Of a DNA stretch of 32,000 bases, positions 16,211-23,665 are shown piece after piece (the stretch's first letter is position 1; each line of letters begins with the position of its first letter). This DNA is from Alkalilimnicola ehrlichii MLHE-1 (GTDB lineage Bacteria; Pseudomonadota; Gammaproteobacteria; Nitrococcales; Halorhodospiraceae). Where the stretch lies: contig NC_008340.1 of the NCBI RefSeq assembly GCF_000014785.1, positions 1,380,001 to 1,412,000 on the forward strand, in the 5' to 3' direction. A model generated the notes under the pieces. The model made no database searches, was not told the origin of the DNA, and saw only the letters and a list, made by a program, of their open reading frames with translations. A program made the position numbers and the translations under genes.

Positions 16211-16977
16211 TCCACAATCCGCCCCACGCAGGGCGGCTGCCGGCCGCCGCCACCACCCTGGTGGAGGCCCGGGGGTTGACGGTGCGCCGGGGTGACCAGC
16301 CGGTGCTGTGCAATGTGGATCTGGTGGTGGAGAGCGGACAAGTGGTCACCCTGGTGGGGCCGAATGGCTCCGGAAAATCCACCCTGGTGCAGGTGCTGAC
16401 CGGCGTGATCCGGGATTACCGGGGGCAGGTGGGGCGCCGCACGGGGCTGCGGGTGGGCTACGTGCCGCAGCACTTTCGCATCGACCGCAACCTCCCCATC
16501 ACGGTGCGCCGGTTCATGAAACTGGCGCCGCGGGGCCGCCGGGGCCACTGGGCGGAAGCGGTGGCCGATGCCGGTGTCTCGCAGTTGCTGGACCGGCCCA
16601 TGCAGGGGTTGTCGGGTGGCGAATTGCGGCGGGTGCTGCTGGCCCGGGCACTGCTCTCACGCCCGCATCTGCTGGCGCTGGACGAGCCGGCAGCGGGTCT
16701 GGATCAGCGTGGCCAGGGGGAGCTGTACCGTTTGATCCGCCATGTGCGGGATCGCTACGGCTGCGGCGTGTTGGTGGTCTCCCACGACCTCAACCTGGTG
16801 ATGGCGGCCACCGACCAGGTGCTCTGTCTGAGCGAGGGCCATATCCTGTGCCGTGGGGCGCCGGAATCGGTGCGCGCCCACCCGGAGTACCGGGCGCTGT
16901 TCGGCGCGCACCTGGGGCCGGAGACAGCGGTCTTCCCTCACGCACACGGGCCGGGGGAGGGCTGCACTCATGGATGA
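16189..16977 (+). CDS. znuC: zinc ABC transporter ATP-binding protein ZnuC
   Basis: Walker A GPNGSGKST, signature LSGGELRRVLLARAL, Walker B LLALDEPAAGLD and H-loop VVSHD. Start is uncertain (GTG at 16189 or ATG at 16198); both overlap the zur stop. The 3' end overlaps znuB by 8 nt. Confidence 0.9.
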   Translation: MPRMFGLIHNPPHAGRLPAAATTLVEARGLTVRRGDQPVLCNVDLVVESGQVVTLVGPNGSGKSTLVQVLTGVIRDYRGQVGRRTGLRVGYVPQHFRIDRNLPITVRRFMKLAPRGRRGHWAEAVADAGVSQLLDRPMQGLSGGELRRVLLARALLSRPHLLALDEPAAGLDQRGQGELYRLIRHVRDRYGCGVLVVSHDLNLVMAATDQVLCLSEGHILCRGAPESVRAHPEYRALFGAHLGPETAVFPHAHGPGEGCTHG

Positions 16978-17791
16978 TTTCCTCCTTCGTGCCCTGTTGG
17001 CCGGTTTCGGACTGGCGGCGGTGGCCGGGCCGTTGGGGAGCTTCGTGGTCTGGCGGCGCATGGCCTATTTCGGCGACACCCTGGCCCACTCCGCCCTGCT
17101 GGGGGTGGCCCTGGGCTTTCTCATCGGCCTCAATGTCAATCTCGGGATCTTGCTGGTCTGTGGGGCGCTGGCGGTGCTGTTGGTCGTGCTGCGCAGCCGC
17201 CAGCGGCTGGCTGACGACACCATCCTGGGCATCATGGCGCACAGCACCCTGTCCCTGGGCCTGGTCTCTCTGGCGTTCCTGGAGCACGTTCGGGTGGACC
17301 TGATGGCCTACCTGTTCGGGGATATCCTGGCGGTGGGCCCGACCGAGTTGTGGTGGATCTGGCTGGGTGGGCTGGCGGTACTGGGGGTGTTGGCGCTGAT
17401 CTGGCGTCCCCTGCTCACCATGACCCTGCACGAGGAACTGGCTCGGGCCGAGGGCGTGCCGCTGCTGCCGATGCAGCTGCTGTTCATGGGTCTGATGGCG
17501 GGGGTTATTGCCATTGCCATGAACATCGTCGGTATCCTGCTGGTTACGTCGCTGCTGATCATCCCGGCGGCGACCGCCCGCCTGTTTGCGCGGACGCCGG
17601 AGCAGATGGCGGTACTGGCCTCCCTGCTGGGTTGCCTGGCGGTAGCGGGGGGGCTGCGGGGCTCCTGGAATTGGGATCTGCCCACCGGGCCTGCCATCGT
17701 CGTTACCGCCACCCTGTTGTTCACCCTGGCGATGGCGGCGACCTCCGTCTGGCAGGCACTCAGGGGTGATGGTGGGCGGGTCAATGGCTGA
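16970..17791 (+). CDS. znuB: zinc ABC transporter permease ZnuB
   Basis: MDDFLLRALLAGFGLAAVAGPLGSFVVWRRMAYFGDTLAHSALLGVALG...LLIIPAATARLFARTPEQM is the ABC-3 family permease pattern. I chose the ATG at 16970, since the upstream part of the track ORF is out of family and overlaps znuC. Confidence 0.9.
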   Translation: MDDFLLRALLAGFGLAAVAGPLGSFVVWRRMAYFGDTLAHSALLGVALGFLIGLNVNLGILLVCGALAVLLVVLRSRQRLADDTILGIMAHSTLSLGLVSLAFLEHVRVDLMAYLFGDILAVGPTELWWIWLGGLAVLGVLALIWRPLLTMTLHEELARAEGVPLLPMQLLFMGLMAGVIAIAMNIVGILLVTSLLIIPAATARLFARTPEQMAVLASLLGCLAVAGGLRGSWNWDLPTGPAIVVTATLLFTLAMAATSVWQALRGDGGRVNG

Positions 17792-17818
17792 TGCGTCCGG
17801 CCCGGCGCCGAGCCTCGT

Positions 17819-18634
17819 TCAGTCGGCCGGCCGGGCGTCCTTCAGCCGGTAGAACATGCCCATCTCATTCGGGTCGAGCAGTTCGAGCTCACCCTCCAGG
17901 GTGAGGGCATCGAATGTGAAGGCCAGCCCACGGTCTGTCTTGACCTCCACCACGCTCTCCGGTCCGCCCGGGGCGCAGTAGAAGCAGCTCGGGGTGCTGG
18001 CGCTGAGCAGGAAGTGGCGCTGCCGGTCGCCCTGTTCCAGCGGCATCATGAAGCCCTGGACCCGGACGGTCTGGCCCTCCAGGGCCAGGATGTCGTCGGG
18101 GAACTCGGCGGCCAGCAGGTCCTCCTCCTCCCAGGTCTTCAGGGCGCCGAGCCGGCGCCAACTGAGCACATCGTCGCGCTCCGGCAGCTCACCCTCACCC
18201 ACCTGGTGGTCGCCGTGTTGGTCCGCCTCCTCGCCGCCCACACGCAACCGCAACTCTCCCCGGGCCTCCCCGGGACCGGAGATCTCCAGGGTGTCCTGCC
18301 CGCCGCGTTGGGCTAGCAGCCGGGTGCGGGCAAAGCCGTCGGCGTCGGTACGCGGGGCGGGGTGGGTGATGAGATTGCCCGCGCGGGAGAGCACGGCCAG
18401 CCGCTCGCCCGCGACCGGCGCGCCATCGGCATCGGTAAAGCGGAAGGCCAGGTGGACCTGATCGCCGGCGTCCAGGCTCAGGGCCTCCACCTCGCCGAGT
18501 TCCAGGTTGCCGTCCAGGTAGGCGCTGATCCGCGGCTTGCCGGCGCCGTCCCGGCTGTCATCCGCGCAGCCCACCAGTGCGAGGACGGCCATCAGCGCAA
18601 CCGCAAGGACCTTGCCGGCCATGGTTCGTGGCAT
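17819..18634 (-). CDS. lipoprotein with Ig-like N-terminal module and DUF3299-like C-terminal domain
   Basis: Lipobox in MPRTMAGKVLAVALMAVLALVGCADD. The middle part VHLAFRFTDADGAPVAGERLAVLS...TDADGFARTRLLAQRGGQDTLEISG resembles bacterial Ig-like (Big) domains. The C-terminus WRRLGALKTWEE...FPDDILALEGQTVRVQGFMMPLEQGDRQRHFLLSASTPSCFYCAPGGPESVVEVK fits my recollection of the DUF3299 pattern. Start at 18634 (RBS GAGGGGG); 18679 and 18622 are alternatives. Confidence 0.7.
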   Translation of the reverse strand: MPRTMAGKVLAVALMAVLALVGCADDSRDGAGKPRISAYLDGNLELGEVEALSLDAGDQVHLAFRFTDADGAPVAGERLAVLSRAGNLITHPAPRTDADGFARTRLLAQRGGQDTLEISGPGEARGELRLRVGGEEADQHGDHQVGEGELPERDDVLSWRRLGALKTWEEEDLLAAEFPDDILALEGQTVRVQGFMMPLEQGDRQRHFLLSASTPSCFYCAPGGPESVVEVKTDRGLAFTFDALTLEGELELLDPNEMGMFYRLKDARPAD

Positions 18635-18722
18635 CGGGTTCCCCCTCGTCGTGCGGCCTGAGCCCTCGGAGTATGCCATCTCGCCGCGCCGGGTGCCCGA
18701 GCGGCCGGTCCGGCGCCGACGG

Positions 18723-20129
18723 CTACCGCTCAGACAACGTCAGGGCGATGTCGGTTCGATAGGCCTGCCAGGCCGGCAGCAGGGCGGCGACCAGGCCGAT
18801 GCCGGCGGCGATCAGCAGTAGCCAGCCCTCGCTCGGCACCCAGGTCAGGCCGGTCAGCTCCAGCGGCCGGTCGCGGCCGATCCAGCGGCCGATCAACTCG
18901 GCCGACAGGTGGCCGCCGGCAAGGCCCAATAGGGTGCCTGTGAGGGCCAGAAGCTGGCCTTCCAGGAGCACCAGGCCACTCACCAGTCGGGGCGAGGCGC
19001 CGAGACTGCGAATGATCGCGATGTCGTGCCGCCGTTCCCGCAGGGCGTTGTAGAGGCCAATGAAGACGCCCAGGCCGGCGGCCAGCAGCAGCACCCCGCC
19101 GAAGGCCTTCAGGGTGTCCAGGCCGACACCCATCATACTCATGAGGCGCGCGCTCTCGTAGGCCGGAGAGGCGGCCTGCAGGCCGGCCTCGGCGTTGATG
19201 GCGCGGGGCAGTTGCATGGCAGCCAGCGGTGAGCGGTAGCGGACCAGCAGGGCGGTCAGTTCCTGGTCTGCGGTGGCCACATCGTCGTGGCCGGCGCCCG
19301 GCTCCCGGTGGTCATGCCCTTGCCCGGCCGGATGCCCGTGGTCGTGATCCGGGGCCGGCTCGTGGGTGTGAGCCCGGTCGGCCTCATGGTCATGGCCATG
19401 GCCGGCCTCAGGGTGGTCGCTGTGGTCGTGCTCATGGTCGTGCTCATGGTCGTGATCGTGGTCGTGATCGTGGTCGTGATCGTGGTCGTGATCGTGGTCG
19501 TGATCGTGGTCGTCGTCATGGACGTCCCAGACGCTCTGCACCGAGGTCAGGACCAGCCGGTCCATGACCGTGCCGGTGGGGGCCAGTATGCCGACGACGG
19601 TGTAGGGGGCGTAGTCGTGGACATGGCCATGGCCGCCACCCAGGCCGTGGGCGCCGACGATCTCATCGCCGATGGCGAGCCCATGGCGGGCTGCCACCGC
19701 GGATCCGAGGGTGGCCTCCATGGCCTGCTCCCAAAGGCGCCCCTCGGCGAGTTCCCCCCGGTAGAGATCCACGTAGCCCGCGTCCGTGCCCACGATGCGG
19801 TGGCCGCGGTAGTTGTCACCCAGGGCCAGGGGGATGACCTCGCTCACCAGCCGGTGGTCCGCCAGCTCGCGGGCGGTTCGTTCAGGGATGTTGCCGGTGG
19901 GGATGTCCAGGTGATAAACGCTGGACAGGATCAGCTGCATGGGGCTGCCACTGGCGCCCACCACCAGGTCGATACCCTGGGCATCGCGGGTGAACTGGCG
20001 CTCCAGTTGATGGCCGTATAGCAGTAGCAGGGCAATGGTGCCGGTGCCCAGCGCCATCAACAGCAGATTGAGCAGCGCGGGGAGGGGACGGAAGCGCAAC
20101 CAGTTGAGAGTGAGGCGCAGGGCGTTCAT
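18723..20129 (-). CDS. FtsX/MacB-type ABC transporter permease with an 80-residue His/Asp-rich insertion in the periplasmic domain
   Basis: MNALRLTLNWLRFRPLPALLNLLLMALGTGTIALLLL is TM1. A large extracytoplasmic domain follows, then LKAFGGVLLLAAGLGVFIGLYNALRERRHDIAIIRSLGASPRLV...ALLPAWQAYRTDIALTL, an FtsX-type three-TM C-terminal module. The ATG at 20129 overlaps the ATPase stop (ATGA). The His/Asp tract is residues 204-283, encoded at 19281-19520. Confidence 0.85.
   Translation of the reverse strand: MNALRLTLNWLRFRPLPALLNLLLMALGTGTIALLLLYGHQLERQFTRDAQGIDLVVGASGSPMQLILSSVYHLDIPTGNIPERTARELADHRLVSEVIPLALGDNYRGHRIVGTDAGYVDLYRGELAEGRLWEQAMEATLGSAVAARHGLAIGDEIVGAHGLGGGHGHVHDYAPYTVVGILAPTGTVMDRLVLTSVQSVWDVHDDDHDHDHDHDHDHDHDHDHDHDHEHDHEHDHSDHPEAGHGHDHEADRAHTHEPAPDHDHGHPAGQGHDHREPGAGHDDVATADQELTALLVRYRSPLAAMQLPRAINAEAGLQAASPAYESARLMSMMGVGLDTLKAFGGVLLLAAGLGVFIGLYNALRERRHDIAIIRSLGASPRLVSGLVLLEGQLLALTGTLLGLAGGHLSAELIGRWIGRDRPLELTGLTWVPSEGWLLLIAAGIGLVAALLPAWQAYRTDIALTLSER
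19428..19511. repeat. in-frame 12-nt tandem repeat: 2 x GTGCTCATGGTC then 5 x GTGATCGTGGTC (minus strand encodes DHDH x5, DHEH x2)
   Basis: Read directly from the sequence. There are seven contiguous 12-nt units. The five units at 19452-19511 are identical; the two at 19428-19451 are identical to each other and differ from the other five at 3 positions. Confidence 0.95.
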
Positions 20130-20773
20130 GCGGCCACCCTCCCTTCGGCGAGATCCAGCCGCTGGGGCAGCCAGCGGCCCAGGCGGCGGTCGTGGCTGGC
20201 GACCACGAGGGTGGCCGCGCAGGCCTCCGCCTCGTCGCACAGCAGCCGCGCCACCCGCTCGGCGTTGGCCTCGTCCAGGCTGGCGGTGGGCTCGTCGGCG
20301 AGCAGGATGCGCGGCTGATTGACCACCGCGCGGGCGATGGCCACCCGCTGGGCCTGGCCCTGGCTCAGCTCATGAGCACGCCGGTGGGCCAGATCGGCGA
20401 TGTCCAGGCGTTCCAGCGTCGAGTGGACCCGCACCCCGTCCCTGGGGAGTCCGGCCAGGTAGCGGGCCAGTTCCAGGTTGGCGGTTACGGTCAGGGCCGG
20501 CAGCAGATGCAGCCGCTGGAAGACCATGCCGATATGGCGGCCGCGGAAACGGTCGAGCTGGGCCGGCGCCAAGGTGGTCAGGGCCTGCTCCCCCACCCGC
20601 ACCTCCCCGGTCGCCGGCCGCAGCAGGCCGGCCAGCAGGTGCAGCAGCGTGGTCTTGCCGCTGCCCGAAGGGCCCGACAGCCACCATTGCTCACCGGGGC
20701 CGGCGGTCCAGTCGGGGAACCGGATGGGCTTGCCATTGCGGTAGCGGTAGGTCAGTGCCGAGGTCTGCAGCAT
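20126..20773 (-). CDS. ABC transporter ATP-binding protein (MacB/LolD-like partner of the FtsX-type permease)
   Basis: MLQTSALTYRYRNGKPIRF..., Walker A GPSGSGKTT, Q-loop MVFQRLHLLP, signature LSQGQAQRVAIARA, Walker B ILLADEPTASLD and H-loop VASHD. The ATG at 20773 is preceded by AGGAGC. The 138-codon upstream extension in the track ORF runs through the intergenic region and antisense-frame hisI sequence and is rejected. Confidence 0.9.
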   Translation of the reverse strand: MLQTSALTYRYRNGKPIRFPDWTAGPGEQWWLSGPSGSGKTTLLHLLAGLLRPATGEVRVGEQALTTLAPAQLDRFRGRHIGMVFQRLHLLPALTVTANLELARYLAGLPRDGVRVHSTLERLDIADLAHRRAHELSQGQAQRVAIARAVVNQPRILLADEPTASLDEANAERVARLLCDEAEACAATLVVASHDRRLGRWLPQRLDLAEGRVAA

Positions 20774-20818
20774 GGTGCTCCTGCCTGAGGGTAGTGGGCC
20801 ATCGGACGATAGGTTGAT

Positions 20819-20837
20819 AATGTTATGTGATAACGTT
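20819..20837. promoter_or_regulatory. second candidate Zur box AATGTTAT-GTG-ATAACGTT upstream of the ABC ATPase/permease/lipoprotein operon
   Basis: Arms match 7 of 8 as an inverted repeat with a 3-nt spacer, and both arms share sequence with the znuA/zur palindrome. The site lies 46 nt upstream of the ATPase ATG in a locally AT-rich patch (ggttgataatgttatgtgataacgttg), downstream of the hisI stop. Confidence 0.6.
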
Positions 20838-20898
20838 GCGCCCGCAAAGCCGTCCGATCGCTGAAATGGCCAAGGGGCCCGCTCACCGTCGGACCCAC

Positions 20899-21327
20899 TC
20901 AGCGGTGGTAAAGGGTCTCCGGGTCGATCTCCGGCGCCGCGATGACCTCCAGGCCGTCCCCGTCGAGCCGGTTGTAGAAACAGCTGCGGCGGCCGGTGTG
21001 GCAGGCCGGGCCGGTCTGGTCCACCCGCAGCAACAGGGTGTCGCCGTCGCAGTCCAGGCGTAGCTCCACCAGTCGCTGCACCTGACCCGAGCTCTCCCCC
21101 TTGCGCCAGAGGCTGCGCCGGGAGCGGGAGTAATAGCACACCCGCCCGGTGCGCAAGGTCTCCTCCAGCGCCTCGCGATTCATCCACGCCATCATCAGCA
21201 CCTCGCCGGAGTCGTGCTGCTGGGCAATGGCGGGGAGCAGCCCCTGCGCATTCCAGGGCAGGGCCGCGAGCACGGCGGGGAGATCCCGGCGGGTGCCGGG
21301 GCGGGCCTTCTCCAGATCCTTGAACAT
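20899..21327 (-). CDS. hisI: phosphoribosyl-AMP cyclohydrolase (monofunctional HisI)
   Basis: LPWNAQGLLPAIAQQHDSGEVLMMAWMNREALEETLRTGRVCYYSRSRRSLWRKGESSGQVQRLVELRLDCDGDTLLLRVDQTGPACHTGRRSCFY is the conserved HisI pattern. The ATG at 21327 is 2 nt after the stop of the upstream gene. The track ORF N-terminal extension is rejected. Confidence 0.9.
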   Translation of the reverse strand: MFKDLEKARPGTRRDLPAVLAALPWNAQGLLPAIAQQHDSGEVLMMAWMNREALEETLRTGRVCYYSRSRRSLWRKGESSGQVQRLVELRLDCDGDTLLLRVDQTGPACHTGRRSCFYNRLDGDGLEVIAAPEIDPETLYHR

Positions 21328-21329
21328 GG

Positions 21330-21956
21330 TCAGCGTTCTTCCAGGGCGGTTCTCAGGTGGTCGGTGATCTGCGGGAGCAGTTCGGCCAGGGCCCGGTTGG
21401 CGGCCTTGGCGCCGGCCACCGGGTGGCGCCGTTCGGCGGTCACCTCGGCGTGGAAACGGCGGGTGGTGAGCACCTCGCCGGCCTCGCTGTCCAGCAGCTG
21501 GATGCGCAATGTTAACACCACCCGGCCGGCGTCCTCGTCGTGCTCGAAGCGGTGTTCCAGGCGTTTCAGCTCCGTGTGCAGGCGCAAGGGGGCGTCGACC
21601 ACGGTGGGGCCGTGAATCACCTGGCGGAACGGGCCGTCGTGCTCCAGCACTGCGACCAGCGCCGGAGTGAGCATCCGCGCCGGGGGCTCCACCCACTGGT
21701 GGTGGGCGAAACGTTGCAGTTCCCAGTCATCGCGGCGGTAGCGCATGGCACTGCTGGTGTAGCCGGGCGCCGCCTGGGTTGCCATCACCCGCACGGCGCC
21801 CGCCAGGGGTTCGGATCCGCCCGGGGCCTCGCTGGGCGCCCAGGTCAGGCTGTAGGTACGCGGCGACTCGGCCGGGCCCGGCAACGCGAGGCCGCAGGCG
21901 TTCAGGCTGAGGGCCAGGGTCAGGGCGGCAATCAGGGCCGTCAGGCAGCGGGTCAT
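21330..21956 (-). CDS. ABC-type transport auxiliary lipoprotein (PqiC/DUF330-like)
   Basis: Lipobox in MTRCLTALIAALTLALSLNACG. Its ~200-aa size and its position directly after an MlaD/MCE gene are typical of PqiC-like components, as is the ...YSL...W...P pattern. This is a family-level call only. Confidence 0.7.
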   Translation of the reverse strand: MTRCLTALIAALTLALSLNACGLALPGPAESPRTYSLTWAPSEAPGGSEPLAGAVRVMATQAAPGYTSSAMRYRRDDWELQRFAHHQWVEPPARMLTPALVAVLEHDGPFRQVIHGPTVVDAPLRLHTELKRLEHRFEHDEDAGRVVLTLRIQLLDSEAGEVLTTRRFHAEVTAERRHPVAGAKAANRALAELLPQITDHLRTALEER

Positions 21957-21957
21957 G

Positions 21958-22890
21958 TCAGCGCGTCTCCTCTCCGGGGCCCGGGGCGATGGGTTGGCGG
22001 CCGTAGATCAGCATCTGCGGCTCGTCGCTGAAGTCCTCCAGGGTCCGTTCCAGATCCTGTGACAACCGGCGCATCTCGTACATCAGGGTGCCCAGTTCGG
22101 GGATCAGGGTCTGATTGACATCGATAAGGGTGGTCTCGCCCCGGCTGGCCAGGGCGTCCAGGGTGTCACCGGTCCGGCCCAGGTCGTCGGCCAGCCGCGC
22201 CCAGCGCGCCAGGGTGTCGTCGAGCCGGTCCATGCTCTCCGGCAGCCGCGCGGCGGCCTCATTGCCCTGGTCGAGCAGTTGGTTGAACCGAACCATGGTC
22301 TGGTCCAGGTCCTCGCTGCCCTCGGCCAGGTTGGCGACCAGCACGTTGGCGTTCTGGAGCAGCCGGGCCACGCGCTCGCGATTCTCCTCGCGCAGGAGGT
22401 CGCGCACCTCGTCGGCCACCACCCGCATCACACCCAAAGCCTCGTCCACCGTCTGCTCCAGGCGGCTGCCGAAGGAGGGGACGGTGCGGAGGGCGGGCAG
22501 GTCATCGCCGGCGCGCGGTTGCGGCGTGACGGGGTCGGTGGTGCTGCCACTAAGCTCGATGAAGGAGATCCCGGTCAACCCCTGGGAACGGAGCGTGGCC
22601 ACGGTCTCCCGGCCGATGGGGACCCGCTCCTCGACGGAGATGACGATGCGGACCTCGTCCGGATGCCGGGGGTTGAGGGTGATGGCCTGGACCCGGCCCA
22701 CGTCCACGCCGCGGTAACGAACGGGGGCGCTGACATTGAGCCCGGCCACCGACTCATCCATGTAGACGGCATAGTCGGTATGAGGCTGGGTCCGGATGTC
22801 GCCACCGAGATAGAGCCCGGCGCCGATGATGGCCAGGGTGAGCAGGATGACGAACAGCCCAACCAGGGCGTAGCTCACGCGGGTTTCCAT
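21958..22890 (-). CDS. MlaD/MCE-domain protein (substrate-binding component of an MCE-type ABC transporter)
   Basis: METRVSYALVGLFVILLTLAIIGAGLYLG is a TM anchor. YAVYMDESVAGLNVSAPVRYRGVDVGRVQAITLNP...VRIVISVEERVPIGRETVATLRSQGLTGISFIELSG is an MCE domain, followed by a long helical C-terminus. I chose the ATG at 22890. Confidence 0.85.
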   Translation of the reverse strand: METRVSYALVGLFVILLTLAIIGAGLYLGGDIRTQPHTDYAVYMDESVAGLNVSAPVRYRGVDVGRVQAITLNPRHPDEVRIVISVEERVPIGRETVATLRSQGLTGISFIELSGSTTDPVTPQPRAGDDLPALRTVPSFGSRLEQTVDEALGVMRVVADEVRDLLREENRERVARLLQNANVLVANLAEGSEDLDQTMVRFNQLLDQGNEAAARLPESMDRLDDTLARWARLADDLGRTGDTLDALASRGETTLIDVNQTLIPELGTLMYEMRRLSQDLERTLEDFSDEPQMLIYGRQPIAPGPGEETR

Positions 22891-22891
22891 G

Positions 22892-23665
22892 TCAGCGGTC
22901 CCTCCAGGCGGCGGTGCGCGATCCACCGAAGTAGGCCTTGATCAGCGGGTGGTCATTGCGCGCAAGCTGCTCGATGGGCTGCACGGCCAGGACCCGGCGG
23001 TCGCCCAGAAAGGCCACCCGGTGGGTGGTGGCCCAAAGGGCATCCATGTCGTGGGTGACCATGATAACCGTAAGCCCCAGCAGCTTGTGCAATTCCGCGA
23101 TCAGTTCGTCAAAGGCGCCGGCACTGACCGGGTCCAGTCCGGCGGTGGGCTCGTCGAGAAAGAGCAGCTCCGGGTCCAACGCCAGGGCGCGGGCCAGGGC
23201 GGCGCGCTTCACCATGCCGCCGCTCAGTTCGCTGGGGTAAAGGTGAGCCGCATCCAGCGGGAACCCCGCAAGTTGGATCTTCAGCATCGCCAGGTCCTCG
23301 ACCGTGGCGGCATCGAACCGGGTGTGTTCCCAGAGCGGCAGGCTGACGTTCTCCTTGACGGTGAGCCCGGTAAACAGCGCCCCCTGTTGGAAGAGCACGC
23401 CCATGCGCTGGCGCAGGGCCTTCTCCTCGCCCCGACCGAGGGACCGGGTGGGGGTCCCCAGCAGGTGGATCTCCCCGGCCTGGGGGCGGTGCAACAACAG
23501 CATGCTGCGCAGCAATACCGTCTTGCCCGAGCCGCTGCCGCCCACCAGGCCGAGGATCTCGCCCCGCCGGACCTGCAGATCCAGGTCCTGGTGCACCGTG
23601 GTACTGCCGAAGCGGTTTTCCAGGCCGGAGACCGCCACCGCGATGTCGCCCGGGATAGCGCTCAT
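22892..23665 (-). CDS. ABC transporter ATP-binding protein (MlaF-like)
   Basis: Walker A GGSGSGKTVLL, Q-loop GVLFQQGALF, signature LSGGMVKRAALARAL, Walker B LLFLDEPTAGLDP and H-loop MVTHD. The ATG at 23665 overlaps the permease stop (ATGA). The upstream extension of the track ORF is rejected. Confidence 0.9.
   Translation of the reverse strand: MSAIPGDIAVAVSGLENRFGSTTVHQDLDLQVRRGEILGLVGGSGSGKTVLLRSMLLLHRPQAGEIHLLGTPTRSLGRGEEKALRQRMGVLFQQGALFTGLTVKENVSLPLWEHTRFDAATVEDLAMLKIQLAGFPLDAAHLYPSELSGGMVKRAALARALALDPELLFLDEPTAGLDPVSAGAFDELIAELHKLLGLTVIMVTHDMDALWATTHRVAFLGDRRVLAVQPIEQLARNDHPLIKAYFGGSRTAAWRDR

Noticed and set aside
19428-19511. Possible CRISPR array or non-coding microsatellite, suggested by the regular 12-nt repeats.
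   Set aside because: The units are contiguous with no spacers. They are in frame inside a well-supported permease gene, where they encode DHDH/DHEH. No cas genes are present in the window.
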